Source: Octopus sinensis
Taxonomy: Eukaryota
DNA length: 64,000 nucleotides
Reading direction: 5' to 3'
Assembly (NCBI RefSeq): GCF_006345805.1
Contig: NW_021832601.1
Span: forward strand, 62,001 to 126,000
Both the position numbers and the translations under genes were made by a program. The notes beneath the pieces were generated by a model. The model had not been told where the DNA came from and did not search any database. It saw only the letters and a list, made by a program, of their open reading frames with translations. How positions within the stretch are numbered: position 1 is the stretch's first letter; the number at the start of each line of letters is the position of its first letter. Shown in pieces: positions 1 through 15,271 of the stretch.

Positions 1-590
1 CATATCCGGCAGACTGGGTCGCACTTTGTTCATGTCGAGGACGTCGCACGCGCGATACTTACCGAATGGAGTTCCGCAAGGATCGGCCCTCTCCCCGGCC
101 TTGTTTAACTTCCACCTGAGCAGTTTACCTGAGCTGGAAGAAACTTTGATCCTGTTTTATGCTGATGATTTGATCTTGGCGGCTCGGGACAAGAACATTT
201 CAACTGCTTCCACACGCCTACAAACTCATCTGAATTTATTGGAGTCTTGGGTTGTAACAAACCACCTCTCACCCTCTCTCTCCAAGTCCAGTGTTACGTT
301 GTTCACCAGTGACCGTCGCCAGCTAGATCAGCATTCAGAGCTGAAAATCTTTGGAGAACGCCTCCCCATCTCAAAAACTCCGAAAATCCTGACATTTCTT
401 CCTAATCGTCGAACCTGGCTATTGGTCTTCTCCTCCGGACCATCTATGCCTATTGCTTCGAGAAGCTTTCTCCGGACCGGGCCTTCAGTGGGCATTATGG
501 ACTTATGGAAGCGCCCAGCACTCGCTGCTGAGCGCCTGAGGACAGCCGGCCTTCTTCAAGCTAGAGAGGTCGGGGTAACTAAATAACAAT
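1..590 (+). mobile_element. Non-LTR retrotransposon reverse transcriptase fragment (jockey/I-like), degenerate
   Basis: ORF 26-586 has GVPQGSALSPALFN and LFYADD RT motifs; it drifts out of frame after TPKILT. Confidence 0.8.
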
Positions 591-779
591 TGCTAAAGTG
601 TGATTGATCTTGTTGTGCCATTTTATCCAGTCCAAACAATTGTTTTTTTTCTCAATTATCCATGGCCGTTTGTTCTGTATGTAAAATATTCAGTCCGCAT
701 TTTTTCATCTCTCCCGTGTGGGGTTTTCTAAGGTTTGCTCTTTTTTAATTCATAACTGGAAGTGCCAAGGATGTCTTGT

Positions 780-1880
780 GCCTTCCATTAACCTTTGTTC
801 AGTCGCTGCGATTACTTCTTCCTAGTGCTTATTAGAAGTGATTATGGAAGACTTCTCGAGGTTAAAATCTGAATTTGCGAAAATTAGGCTTTCGTTAAAT
901 GGCGATAAATGTGAAGTAGTAGGACTTTCGGGGCCACTAACAATTCAGAGTAATGCTTTTAGGTCTTTACGGAGAAGATTGACGACCAGATTTTGTGATT
1001 TTTGGTTTTCCTATTTGTGACAGCAAAAAAGATTTTGGATCTGTGCATTCGAATCCGTCATTTTGAGTCTCATTTGGGGTTATTCTTACTCAAAAACTTT
1101 CTTTACATCCTTCGGCTGACCTATTTGCTCTGCACATCTTTTTATTGTTTACATCAAAAACTTCTGGCTTTGGATGACGGTGTTGTTTTGTCTTTACACT
1201 TCCTTTTGAACATCATATTTACTAAGGTTTGATATTCTCGTGCTGCGCTCCCACTTTGCCTTGGGGTATTGGGGTTCTTTCTTGTGCAGATCTTGCCTTG
1301 CTATCTCTTCTCATCCGCTTCTGGAAATTTCTTTTGCTCTGTTTTTATAAATTTACCCGAACTCGGCGAGTTTATTGAATACCTTGTTGCTGTTCACGCC
1401 TGGAGATAGCTCGGACTTGACCTTCCAGAAAATCCTTCCATGCAAATCGTTGTTCACATGAATATTTTAAAGTTGAAAGAACGAAGTTCAATTTCAGAAT
1501 CGTCATGTGATATCTTAAAGCAATTAATTAAACTCTTTCTCGCCTCAGAACCTGCTGATGTCCGCATCCGCCCCTGGATCTATTGTCACGACCGCGGAAT
1601 GCAAAAAGATGCGGAAGTACTCCTCACTTACGGAGAAGTTCCAATTCCTTCCATTCGCGGTTGGGACTTACGGTTCTTTGGGCGGTAAGGTAATCAGCTT
1701 CGTTCAGGAGATCGGCTCCCGCATATCTGCTATCACAGGCGACGCCCGCGAATCAAGATGGTTTTTCGAGCGGATATCCCTTGCGATAGTACGCTCCAAT
1801 CCTTTCTCGATCGCGTTGGCTACCCGTCCATGAAGCTTTCAACACTTTACCGAATTCTTTTTTCGTAATAAACTAATCAC
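780..1880 (+). mobile_element. Degenerate CRE-clade (RLE-type) non-LTR retrotransposon, 3' part
   Basis: KKMRKYSSL..FLPFAVGTYGSLG..WFFERISLAIVRSN matches the C-terminus of the more intact element at 36745-38240; AATAAA follows. Confidence 0.75.
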
Positions 1881-1899
1881 CCCATTAATTAAACCGATC

Positions 1900-2545
1900 A
1901 ATCAAAGTAAATGCAGGATAAGCATCCAATTGAACGAGTCAACTGACATTTCTAATGTCTGTCAGCAGGTGTCCTATGTTTGCCTTTTTGATCATGTAAA
2001 TATTTTCGATGAATTTGTATTTTGTTTGGAGATGGATCGACACATTCGTAGAGAGGACATCTTTAATATTTTTGACAATTTTATGAAGACGAATAAAATG
2101 ATGCGCCTGCGATGATTGGTCATCAATCTGGATTTGTTACTCGTATTAAGAATTTACTTTCTGATATTGTTGCAAGAGATTGTGTATTGAACAAATATGC
2201 ACTTTGTTCAAAAACTATGTGTTCGCCGTTAAGAGAAACACTATTGTAAAAGTAATTAACTATATTCGATCTCGCGTACTTAATCATCGAATCTTCCGAA
2301 CTTTTTATGAAGAATTGGAAACTAATTATTTTATACAACTTTATCATTCTGAAATCAGATGGATTTCAAAGGGAAAATTCTTTCTAGAATCTGTGAACTT
2401 TCTCCTGAAGATGTTTAACGCGCCCTGAAGAGGCCAAAAATTGTGTGCTAATAGCAAAAAAAATGTTTATTTTATTTAAGGTGGTCCCTACAAAATTTTT
2501 GAATGCAAAAGTGGTCCCCAGTCTAAAAAAGGTTGAGAACAGCTA
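1900..2545 (+). mobile_element. hAT (ZBED8/SCAND3-like) transposon remnant with right terminus
   Basis: DEFVFCLEM..DIFNIFDNF and VINYIRSRVLNHRIF..LYHSEIRWISKG motifs; terminal aaaaaggttgagaacagc resembles the hAT TIR at 24828-24842. Confidence 0.7.
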
Positions 2546-2965
2546 CTGTAATTCATATCCAGCTTTACGAGTCAACACAAAATTGAATCTGATGGTTCAA
2601 GTCTGAAAATTAAAGGAATTGTAAATTTGCTATCTGAATTGTTCTTTGTATAGTCTGGCTTAAATTGAGATGTTAGCGGTACTAGCCTGTTTTGTGACTA
2701 AGAGAAAACTTTCTCTCTGATTTGGTCATTGAAACTATAGAAAAGGCATTTGAGTTTTCCTAGTTATTTGACTGTCAAGTATTTGAAAGAGTAATTTTTA
2801 GATAAGATAATTTTCAAAACAGAAAAAACCTTGCCGCTTATTAAAAAATCATCTAGTTTTAAAATCGCGTTTAATCAAATTTGTTGATAATTTTAATAAA
2901 TATATTATTGTTTAATTTGTTTTATAAATTAAAAAAGGTTTTTAACTATATTCTTGTGGAACCTA

Positions 2966-3917
<952 letters not shown>

Positions 3918-4899
3918 TATTGACTATTTATTATTCAATATTAACTCTTGTTATTCGCAGTAGTTTATTAGGCTTTGTAGCTATCAAAAAGACGTCTCCG
4001 AAGTAAATTTTTCTTCAAAACTGACAGAAATTGGTATTCCGTCTTTCTTATTTAAAATAATCTTTTTGTGTTAAAACTTGAAAGATTACTAACAAAACAT
4101 TATTTTTGATAAATAAACGTAATATATCTTTAAGAAAAATTGATTATTTTAAAGTATGGAAGGGAAAAACAATTAGGATTCGCCAGTGGCTGCACCGCGG
4201 ATAGCAAACTAGTTGTCTCGCAAGATTGTTATAGATTTTCTCTGATACAGGTAGGTGGTTTCTCGATATTCAATGGTCTTCTTTATTATCGACAGAAATC
4301 GCGATCGAAATTTATATTGTGTAACCCAAAGGAGCTTTTCGTGGATGACCGAAAGTCACTTTGCTCACGGTTCTAAATGAAGATCTATCTGGAATAAATA
4401 AAAAAAACTCAAAAATGGCGAAGACCTGTGCTCTTTAAGAGTAATTGTTAAAAACAGCAAAGCCTTGAAGAGGTTACGTAGAAAACACGAAAAACTTAAT
4501 TAATTTACGATTTTCCGGGGGTACTTAATAATAATCCATAATTTAGGTTAAATGTTCACATTTCATTTAGTTCTCGATTATGATTATGGCCTTGATTTTT
4601 AAATTTTCATTAATTTAAATGACTCCAAACTCTGAAACTAAAAAAATAATTATTGAATCAATGTGAATTAACTAACAGACTATCTTTTTTATGAAGATAC
4701 TCAACGGTTATTCATCTGATTTCTACTCTCCTCTCAACAACCGAACTCGCCATTTCGCGAACGTAAATGAAGATCTATCGCGCTTTTCCGATTGATATGC
4801 GACACAAATTATTTCTTCAATTGGAGTTCTGATTGCAGGTTTCTACTTGTCGAGAATACTTTCATTGGTTTTCTTTAGTACTGACAATTAAATATGCCC

Positions 4900-5400
4900 T
4901 AATTTGTACATCAATCGATAATTGTCGCCTCAGTACCGGCCGAATACCCAGACATTCCGCCTTGAATACTCCTGTAGCCGGTTGGGTTAGACCGTGGTGA
5001 CAGAAAACGTCCCGATAAGTCCACGCTATTCCCGTTCAAGGGGAGACTCGCTCTCGTTTAGGACGTCACCTGTGTCGACTCGTTTTCCTCGTCATCTCTC
5101 ATCGACTCTCCCTCCCAACTTGGCTCAGCCTCCGCACATGCCGAAACGAAAAAAATCGCAAAGTACGCCTCATTGGAGAACACCTGCCTTTTCGTCCCCC
5201 TGGGTTTCGAGACGAGTGGGATAATCGGCCCAAAAGCCCTGGAGTTCCGTTCGGAGATTGGTTTGATGATCTCAAAAAAGAGTCACGAGAGTCTTGAGTC
5301 TAGCTGGCTTTTTAAGCGCATTTCGCTCGCAATATTGCGCGTAAACTGCCTGTCTATTCGCTCGTCCTCTCAATCAAAGAATTAACGACTGTTTATTAGA
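4900..5400 (+). mobile_element. CRE-clade retrotransposon 3' remnant
   Basis: GLDRGDRKRPD..DVTCVDS and FVPLGFETSGIIG..SWLFKRISLAILRVN. Confidence 0.75.
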
Positions 5401-5419
5401 AAAATACTGACTATTGTTT

Positions 5420-8200
5420 TTGACCAATAAAATTTCACGATAACAAGTCATACTTGTGTAGCCTTTCCACTTTAGTTTGCGTGAGTGCTTCCTTGTGACG
5501 TGATTTTAACTTTGATAATCACGATCTCATTTTTCACTCTGCCGTTACGAAAATATTTATTTTATTGTGTTGCAATTCAGTCATCTAAAAACATCATTGT
5601 GTCTTCTTTTGACATTCTGTTACATCGTGTGGGCAAATTATTAACTGATTTCTTGGCCTTGTTGCAATGAAGGTGACACGTTTATTCTTTTGCATCAAAA
5701 AATGAATTTCTATCCTGAAGCAAACAATACACGGCTTCAGATCATTAGCTGTTATTTCCTTTTTTACGACAATAAGAAAATTCAAAAATATCAACATTTT
5801 CATATTTGTAACTGTTAAAAAGGAGAGAATGGAGCGATTTTGTGCGATTGATTCAAAAGGAAACTTTTCCTGCGGTTTTCTTGGATATCAACTTGAGCTG
5901 GATTAAATTTATACTTTAAAATAGGAATTCAGTGATCATGGTCATGTGTTCAAGACCAGAAAGATTCCATTCTTTCTGATAAAAATATCAGATTTTCTTT
6001 CTAAAAATCATTAATAAATTGAAACAACACATTTTCGCTGTTTATGAAAATTGAAGTAAGACCCCATTCCCTTCTTGTCCGTGTTCATGATTAAGAACCA
6101 TTCTCCAAGTTTATCCGGTGCAATCTCCAATAGTCTGAGTAGGGCGGATTTGTCAGTGGACACAAAGTCGACGTCGTCAGCGTAAATCACTTCAGTTATT
6201 GACTTGTCATATAGACCTCTCAGCTCTCGTAAAGCAGCCTCAAGGTAGATCACAAATAACAGAGGCGAGAAATGACTGGGCGGAGATTTTCTACTGGACC
6301 AAGAGGTTTGTTCGGCTTTTGAATAGGGATGAGAACTCCAGAGCCCAGCGGGAGTGAGTCATTTGTAGCAAACATATCGTTGAGGATGTTCGTGATGTTG
6401 CATAGAAGAGATTCGGGCCCGTATTTCAGCAGCTCCGCATTAATGTTGTCCGGTCCCGCAGCTCGGTTATTCTTGAGCCTGCTAACAGGCTTTGTAACTT
6501 CCCTCAAGGAGATTGTATTTTTCAGTCGTCGTGTTGGGCCAGAGAAAGGCGAGATTTGTTCGGTGTTAGCGTTAAATCGTTGTTCAAAATAGTCCGCAAT
6601 GACTCCCACCTGTTCTCCCGGGTCAGATATTTGAACCCCATTACTGGTTTGGAGTCGAAGTTTGGGGCAGTTTTTTTTCCTCTTAAGCAACCGTAAAGCC
6701 ATAAACGTGCGTGCATTATCTTTGAGGGTTTCCAGTTCTCCAAGACGGGACTGACGTGGTCGATGTATCACGCTCGGATACCCAAACTATGGAAAAATGA
6801 AGACTTTCGAAGAAGTTGCTCTAAAATCTGTCATGAAAGATTGGCTACGATATTGCCCCGGGAACCCATCACTACGCTCTAGAATCTACAACGCTTTTGT
6901 CAAACCGGTACTATTGTACAACTCATCTACATGGGGCATCTCTGACACCGAACTAAAGAATCTTGACTTGTTTCACAGAAAACAGCTTCGCGTCCTAAAT
7001 GGTCTGCATTGGCCTAAGAAAATTAACAACTCATCGCTCTACAAACTCAGTAACTCGGTGCCAGTCAGCCAGGACATCATAGATACATCACAGATGGCCG
7101 CTGGAGGCTCTTCGGACACGTCCTGAGAATGGACCCGTCCTCACCTGCTTACCAAGCCATGGAAGAGTACTTTCTCTCGGATAGCCCAAAGTTTCGCGGA
7201 CGTCCCCGCACAACACTGCCGGTTGCGCTGGAACACGATCTGAAACACGTGGGCAAAACTTTGAAAAAATGCGAGGACTTGGACGAACTGCGATGGCTTG
7301 CACAAAACCGCAGAGGATGGCAAACGATGGTTAAGAAGATTGTATCGTGTGTGGCACGTGTGGGAATATAACTCTTTCCTTTCCTTGTTTATGTTCCTAC
7401 GGGAAGTGCTAATAATAATAATACCCCATTCCCAATTTAGTTCGACTAAGATGCAGTCGTTCCTAGTTAGTCGGTTTCAGATAAATTTTATATTCTGATA
7501 TACACGTAGAATTTCGGATTAATATTTTCAAACTCCTTTGGCTCAATATTAGCCAATTTAATAACTCACATTCGTTCATGCGATAACAGATATTCACAGA
7601 ATTGAGTGTTGTATGTACCAAGCTCACAATCTTCTTCCTCAAACTCTCTGCGATAATCTTCAAAACGTCATATTTCATTACATATCCATCTAAAAATTTT
7701 ACGCTGTTTATGAATTCTGGATTGGTAGCCGACTTTTCATGGCTTCTCTTGAAAACAAAAACACCAAAATATTTATTCTATTCCATCATGTTAATCATTT
7801 TATCTTCTTTTTCCAAAAGTATTTTCAGATCATGGATAAAAAAACAAGTGGTTGGTTAAATTCGTTTCCTTTGATTGGTTGTTTTGACAAAAACAATTTT
7901 GGAAATTTGTTAAAAAAATTTACTTAACGAACTATAACTCTATCTGCTAATTAACATAACTCTATCTGCTAATTAAACTCTTCACAAAGTTTGTTACTTA
8001 GGTTAAAAGGCCTGAAAAAGGTAACACGTGAAACAGAAAATCATGATCAATTGAATCATATGCTTTTTTAACGTAACAAATATATTTTTTATTATTGCTA
8101 TTTATACGCTGATTGATCAGAGCTTGCTTTTTTGTACCTTGACACTTTCTCTTCACTCCTATTTGATTGTCAGAAATAAACAAGAATGATTTTAAATGTC
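5420..8200 (-). mobile_element. Highly degenerate R4/Dong-like RLE retrotransposon, interrupted by the RTE-like insertion at 6072-7422
   Basis: Minus strand: KCQGTKKQALINQ..YVKKAYDSIDH (RT) near 8000-8180; frameshifted ITSQ..LHKYDLL (RLE) near 5450-5520. Confidence 0.6.
6072..7422. mobile_element. RTE-like LINE with inverted 5' segment, (AAT)n tail and 11-bp TSD
   Basis: TSD accccattccc at 6061-6071 and 7423-7433; minus 6775->6072 encodes KNNRAAGPDNINAELLKYG..YADDVDF; plus 6797->7371 encodes the C-terminus (VKPVLLYNSSTW..LNGLHWPKKINN); tail aataataataat. Confidence 0.85.
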
Positions 8201-9065
8201 ACAGGCCGGAAGCATTACACTTATGTGCTTAGAAAAAAAATTGTTTGAAATAATCAGTAAGTTTTGAATTAATTTTTTGGAAAAAAACTGTTAACTATTT
8301 TTTTGTCAGCTTTGCTAATATTCCATTCCGTGATTAGAAATCAATGTTATAAATGTTTTCGATAATTAAAAAATAAATATTTGATTCCAAATTAAAAATC
8401 ACATTTTCTTGCTCTCAAACTTATCTTAGCGAAACAGAAAATAATCTTTCAAGTTTTTGAAGAGCTCAAAGAAAGGGTGACGAATGCATAACGTAAAGCC
8501 TTATTATCTGCAATTAAATCATCAAAGTTTATAAATGATTTAAAAAAATAATCACAATTTAAAATATCTAATTTTATTTTTTAATTTTTCAAGTTTAATT
8601 AAGTTTTTTAGCCAATTCTGAACAACGGATTATTCTACTACATTAAGCAAAACGTTTGACTTTTAATTTTGACCTCTAAGTTCAAATATGTTTGCGAACA
8701 AAAAAATAGTGACGTTATTGCGAGAATTAAAACTATTAACAGCAAATATTAAAAATAATATTTTGAATAGAGTGACGAAAGGAATTGTAAATAACTATTC
8801 ATTAATAATTTTAGGCTTTTATACATTGCTAGGAAATCTCAAAAAATATAAAAGTTTGTGATTTTATACAATTGAAATTGATGACAGTTGTTATTAGCGC
8901 AGCAGGTGGCGATTCCGTGTTAAAAGAATTGATTTTCAATACATTTTTTTAAAATAATGTAATAAAGGCATTAATCAATCCATACTAGGCAACAACCGCA
9001 GTATTAAGTAGATAAGTAAAAGAAAGTAAATTGTTAGAACTAATAAGAATTTAATATCAGACGAA

Positions 9066-9643
<578 letters not shown>

Positions 9644-10399
9644 AACAATACAAATGTATTTTGGTAATACAAATATAATTTATTAATGTAGGGTTGCCAC
9701 TGATTAAAAATATATAGAAAACAATTAAAAAATATTCTTTTTCTTAGTGAATCTCAATTTTAACTGTTTCAACAATATTTTATACAACGTTTGAAAATTA
9801 CTTTTAGGAAAATAAGGCACACTTGTGAATTTATTCATTCTAGATTTTTTACTTGTGGGCAAACTTGTTTGAAAATTGTAATATTTCCAATTTTTATAAT
9901 AAATCAAAAAGTGTAATATTTTTCTATAACAAGTCTAAACTTGTAGAAAGTGTTAACGTTGAATAAAGAAAATAATGTTTCTTTCTAAAACATTTCGTTT
10001 GAACTGACTTTTAATAAATTCTTCCATCTATCTGATAGAATATCGGTTTTTCTTATGGCATTCCATGCAGTCTATTCGATTTTATTGATCAAACTTCTCG
10101 ACAAGGAATTCGATTCTCTATTTATTTTTATAGCTCCTATAAAGAATTTATTCAAAGTTAAACCAGAATGAGCTATCTTCTAAGTGCTCTATATAATATT
10201 TAGAGTCCTGATGAATGAATATCCGAGAATATAACCTTTTCGAATTTTCCACTTCTGCGTAGTTAAGTAGGTTCATTAAAAATAGATCAGAGTTCAATCC
10301 TTGGAAATATACGTTATTTATTTATTTTTAGTTAGAGGCATTCTATTTTTTTGCAACATGGGAAAAATTTATCTATAACTTTTGATCGATTAATATCAG

Positions 10400-11800
10400 A
10401 GCAGGAAACAATATTATTTTTTTAATGAATTTCTAGTTTAATATCACGAGCGCTGGACTATAAGAAAATCCTCAGCTCCTACGAACACGGAAGCCCTCAT
10501 GTTCTTATATGGAACTAGGGCTACACTTTCTGCAAAGACCAGGGCTACACGTCCAATACGGACTTGGCCCAGCTCACTTGAGAAAAATGAGGCAAAGATG
10601 AGGACCCTCTTAAAGCGTGTGCTTTATTTGTTTCGCTTCTCCTGTTTCATTTGGCCAATAAATAATAGAAAATAGATTAATAGTCCTGATTATGTTCAAA
10701 TGAGATGGTTTTATGACTTTAAAATTTGTGGATTACTTAAAATCGTTGAATATAAGTTAGAGAACATGTGCTTCTAGTCACTAACTATCAAGAAAACCAC
10801 GAAAAGCATGATTGTGTCGTGTTGAGATAAAACAGACTTATTGACAAGACACTCGAACTGTTCCACGCTATCAAAAGTATTAGATAAAACAATGATGAAT
10901 GTAGCTAGCCATAAAAATAAGTTAAGCTTTGAGGTGATTTTAACAAATTATTTTGAAATAGATTAATTTATGCAGTTAATTATGCTATGAGATATTTTTG
11001 AATTGAAGTGAATATATTTCTTCTACAATATTCGCATAACTGTTTATTATAATTTGTATATAAATTTAAAGTGCAAATTAAAGTCCTTCCACCAAAAGCA
11101 ACTGCGTATATTATGCGGGGTACAATGGCCGACACGGATTAACAATGGAGCACTTTAGCGTAAATGTTCAGCGCGACTTGTGATTTGAAATGTAATGAAG
11201 GCCTGATAAAGACTGTTCGGACATGTCCTACGGATAGACCCGAATATATCGCTATCGCTATTTTGAAAGTCATATTTTTTAATTATTAATTAGTGAAAAA
11301 TGTTAATGTATAACTAATTGTTCAGTCAATTGGGATTTTAGAGCTAAGAGGATACTTTTAGGTGACCTATTTTGAATGATATAAATTTTCAATTGCTTTA
11401 AATTTTCACACAGTGATCTGAAAGATACCTCGGTGGCAATTCAGGACTGACGTATTGAGGAAGAAATATGTCCTCTTCGCAATCGAGGTAGGACTAATGC
11501 ACAATTGTTAAGTCAAGTCATTCCGTATGTTACGATATGGGATGGACTGGTCACCAAATACCATAATGGCTATTAAAAAAGTTGAGTGTAGATAAGTCCC
11601 TACATGTATACTGTTCTTAAGAGGACTCTGGCAAGTATCTCGTTTGATGCTCGACAATTTATCCTTTTTTGACATTTAGTCAACAGGAGATGCTGGACTG
11701 CACATTCTCGAAGATATACAGAGCCAACAAAGGAAGAAGAAGGAAAGGAAATGTGTGGAATGTCACCCTTTGTTCACTTCAAAGCCTCAGTGCTTATTCA
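10400..11800 (+). mobile_element. Degenerate R4/Dong-like RLE retrotransposon remnant
   Basis: VIPYVTIWDGLVTKYH near 11520-11565 matches the RLE tail at 12190-12630 and 32929-33200. Confidence 0.5.
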
Positions 11801-12179
11801 GGCGAATAAATAGTTAATTGGTTCTTTGTTATTAATGCTTGATTAATAGGTGACAAATATATCGATAAAAAATATAGATGTCATGCAACTCTTTTAGAAT
11901 TCACATGCTAGCATGCCATTCGGTGCATTAAGAGGCTTAATTCAAAACACCTGCCCACTCTCTGAAGAAAATAACCTTAAACAAAGTCGTTGGCTTCATG
12001 GCTTGCTTTCACAAAGCATAGTATTTGTTTCTTCTCAACTTTAGTGAAAATATGTTTCAAGAGGTACATAGCATCTTTTGGTTCCATATTCTAGTTTAAT
12101 AGCCCATTGCTAAAACGTACATTTTAAACTCTAGATTTAATATTTTTTAGAGTGAAGGATGGATAAGATAAGGAGTATC

Positions 12180-12640
12180 TAATTAACTAAGTAATTTTTT
12201 AACCACTCCATACACCTCCTCCCCTTCTTCCTCCTCTTCTCTGGCACTGTAGACCTTCAAGAAGGCGCAGTCCAGCGCCTCTTGATTACTAAACGTCAGG
12301 AAAGGACTGGATCGGCGAGCATCAAACGAGACACTCTCCAGAGTCTTCTTAAGAACAGTTGACTGCATATAAGCCTGTAGAGACTTGTCTACACCCAGCT
12401 GTCTTAAGTACCGGTTGTGGTATTTTGTGGCCAGTCCATCCTATTCCATCACACACGGGATGACATGGACTTTGCACTGGTGCATCAGTCCTAGCTCATT
12501 TGCAAGGAGGTTATACTTCCTCCTTTTCTCCACTTCTATGATGCCCACCTCCACGATAACAATCTCCCCGGTGACCTTATCGTGGACCACAATATCTGGT
12601 CTGTTGTGCTGGATACATTTTAAAGTCTAATTAATTCGAT
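12180..12640 (-). mobile_element. R4/Dong-like retrotransposon RLE domain remnant
   Basis: Minus strand: QHNRPDIVVHDK..IVEVG..KRRKYNLLANELGLMHQCKVHVIPCVMEWDGLATKYH..STVLKKTLES. Confidence 0.75.
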
Positions 12641-12911
12641 TATTGGTTTTACCAGATTAATAAGTCTGCTTAATATTTATTTACTGACGTTGGATTTCTC
12701 TAATTGACCTCCCGATCTAAAGAATCTAAATTAATAAAATTCGTCATCAATTGTGAACGCAACTGGAATTGGAGTCCTAATGAAATTTGACCCAGTTATG
12801 GCGTCAAGAATGCACTTTCCTATGTGAAACAGGAGTTGATCTAACCACACAACTACAAAGTAATATAAGCCACAAATGATGAAATTAGTGTGAAATTATA
12901 ATAAATGAAAG

Positions 12912-13474
12912 TTACTTAGTAGTCATCATATTAACGAATTCTAAAAGGATAAATAAAGGAAATCACCTTCATAATTGACCAGACCGTCCCCATCAGAGTC
13001 AGCCTCATCCATCATTTGCCTCAGTTCTTCGTCAGTGCACTTTTCTCCGAGACTGTTGAGAACGTGTTTTAGTTCTTCGATGCTGATAAAACCATCCTTG
13101 TTTTTGTCAAAAACTTTAAAGGCTTCTCTTATCTCGTCCTGAGCATTGGTTTCATCGCTTGAACGACTCATCATTGTCAAAAATTCAGTAAAGTCGATCG
13201 TTCCATTAGCTGAAAGAATTTATGTATCATTTTTACAGTCTGTGTCGACCTCATTTATCATATCTTGGAGTTCTGAATCAGTAGGGTTCTGCCCAAGAGA
13301 GCGCATAACAGTTCCTAATTCCTTGGTTGTTATCGTCCCATCTCCATCTTTGTCGAAAAGTGAAAATGCTTCTCTAAATTCTAACAAGAGATTATAGATA
13401 AGATAAATCATACCTGCAATCTGTTCTTCTGTCAACTCGTTCTAGGATAAAATAAAAAAATAAGAGAATACCAT
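12912..13474 (-). CDS. Calmodulin-like (divergent copy 2), 5 exons, 148 aa
   Basis: Spliced [57 protein letters not shown]; same four intron positions as copy 1. Confidence 0.93.
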
Positions 13475-13749
13475 AAACTAGTTTAATTAAATTATAAATC
13501 ATGCTATTATTAACCCATGATTAACCAATTAACAAAAAAAATTTATAAAAAATTAAAGTAAATAATATTTTATTCATATTGTCAGTATAATCAGAAATTC
13601 TAAAAGAAATTATTAGCATACGGAAGAATTAGTCTAAAATCTCTAAATTGGCATCCTCTCTATTTGCACGCTAGTTTCAAGAATGTCTCTTCAAGAATAT
13701 TATTTTAATTTCTAGATAAACGGAAGACACACAGATTTTTAAGCTGGGC

Positions 13750-13758
13750 TATTTATAG
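13750..13758 (-). promoter_or_regulatory. Possible TATA box upstream of calmodulin copy 2
   Basis: Minus strand reads CTATAAATAG about 280 nt upstream of the ATG; motif only. Confidence 0.25.
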
Positions 13759-14853
13759 AAAGACCTTGTTTACTTTTCCAGCCTCTTTATTTCAGCTGAC
13801 TTGTACTAAAGACTTAACCACAATTTCTATTGTCTACGACCTCAGGCCAAATTTTGACTAGCATCATTTCGGATGTCACGGAACCGCAATTTACCCGGAA
13901 AACCACTCATGGTTAAACGTAATGGCACCACTATTGGGTGGTCTATTTGATCGGAACTTTGTGCTAATTGACGTATGTCTGCGTCCATCTAGGCCTAAAG
14001 TCGTTCTTTATACGAAAAACTACTACAAACCTCTTGGTTTTCTTGGTACAGGGTTATTAATGACATCAATTGAATGGCCTCTCATTCGAGTCTGTTGACG
14101 TAGATCGCGATGAAAGTAACCAGCCCAGAATCATAACACATTGGCCCAAAAAATATTTTTTCTGGAATTTTTACTCCCTTTTCTAACTGTCTCTTAATAA
14201 AGACTCCGCTTAAAAAAAGTTAACTAAACTAATTTTATTAATTTTACCGTCTTTCTGGCGAATGTTAAGGAATCAAACACTCCTGCCTTTCATTTAGTTC
14301 AAAACTAATTTCATGCCAAAATAACAGGCATTTTGATAGTTTATTTTTAATTTAACTCAACTAATATGGCCGATATTTTTCTTATTGAAGGTAGAAATAA
14401 ATAAGTTTATTCCCGGATGTAATTAAATCTCCACAAGATTGTATGAGGAACAAGTAGCAAATAAATTATAACTTTTCATGCGGATGTGGGAACTAATAAA
14501 TAGATTAATTGAGATGAGATAAAAACTTAATTATAAATGTAAAATTTTCTAATCGTCAATTTTTACAGAAAAAATTCACGTTGATTTACACAAATTAAAA
14601 ACTTTTTATTCTTTTTTAAGAAAGAATGTGCGTTTTTATCTGTGTAGAGAAGTAATGTTTAGGAAATTAGGGTGGTAGCATATTTTCTGTTTTCTACAAA
14701 ATAGCATACAGCATTTAAAAACTGAAAAAATTGATTTATATTTAAATTAGTTATTAATTTATTAGTACTTTTATTATTTTTAAATAATTTATTACCACGT
14801 GATAACGTGCTTTTACTGTATCTATTTTTCTGTTACGTTTATATATACAGTTA

Positions 14854-15090
14854 ATGGCGAAATCTAAAAATAGCACAAACCATAATCAAAGTATTATATT
14901 TTGCTGATATACTCTAGAACGAAAGGCACATAGAAATGGAATTAAAAGGCCAAAAAAAGTAATGAAGATGACAACAAAGGGGGTATCATTAATTTGATGA
15001 TATTTATTCCAACAGAGATGTCAGAAACTAGTTAGAAATACCAGATATGCCAAGAAGAACAACCGAAAGGCTACTCCTCTTTCTGCTTAA
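14854..15090 (+). CDS. RPL29: 60S ribosomal protein L29 (eL29), 3 exons
   Basis: Spliced MAKSKNSTNHNQKRKAHRNGIKRPKK..KG|RCQKLVRNTRYAKKNNRK. Confidence 0.93.
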
Positions 15091-15271
15091 TTACTACTTG
15101 TTCATTTTTTCTTAAATAAAGATCATTTTTGTTAGCATATTTTTTTTTATAAATTCTACTTTTGCGGCTAACCAATTTTTCATTGCTGCTATGGCGATAT
15201 GTTTAATTGAATTGGCATTTGTCACTTTCGCAAAAAGCGCTTTCTTATATTTTTGTTTTTTGTCCGTACTT

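Noticed and set aside
4140-4376. Possible Gypsy integrase-region remnant (FSIFNGLLYY..FILCNPKEL)
   Set aside because: Too short and degenerate; no LTRs or catalytic motifs seen.
14820-14853. Splice acceptors just before the ATG in RPL29, TRAPPC4 and CHTF8, hinting at trans-splicing or operons
   Set aside because: Each has a plausible cis GT donor upstream (33-nt candidates for RPL29 and CHTF8), so ordinary 5' UTR introns explain them.
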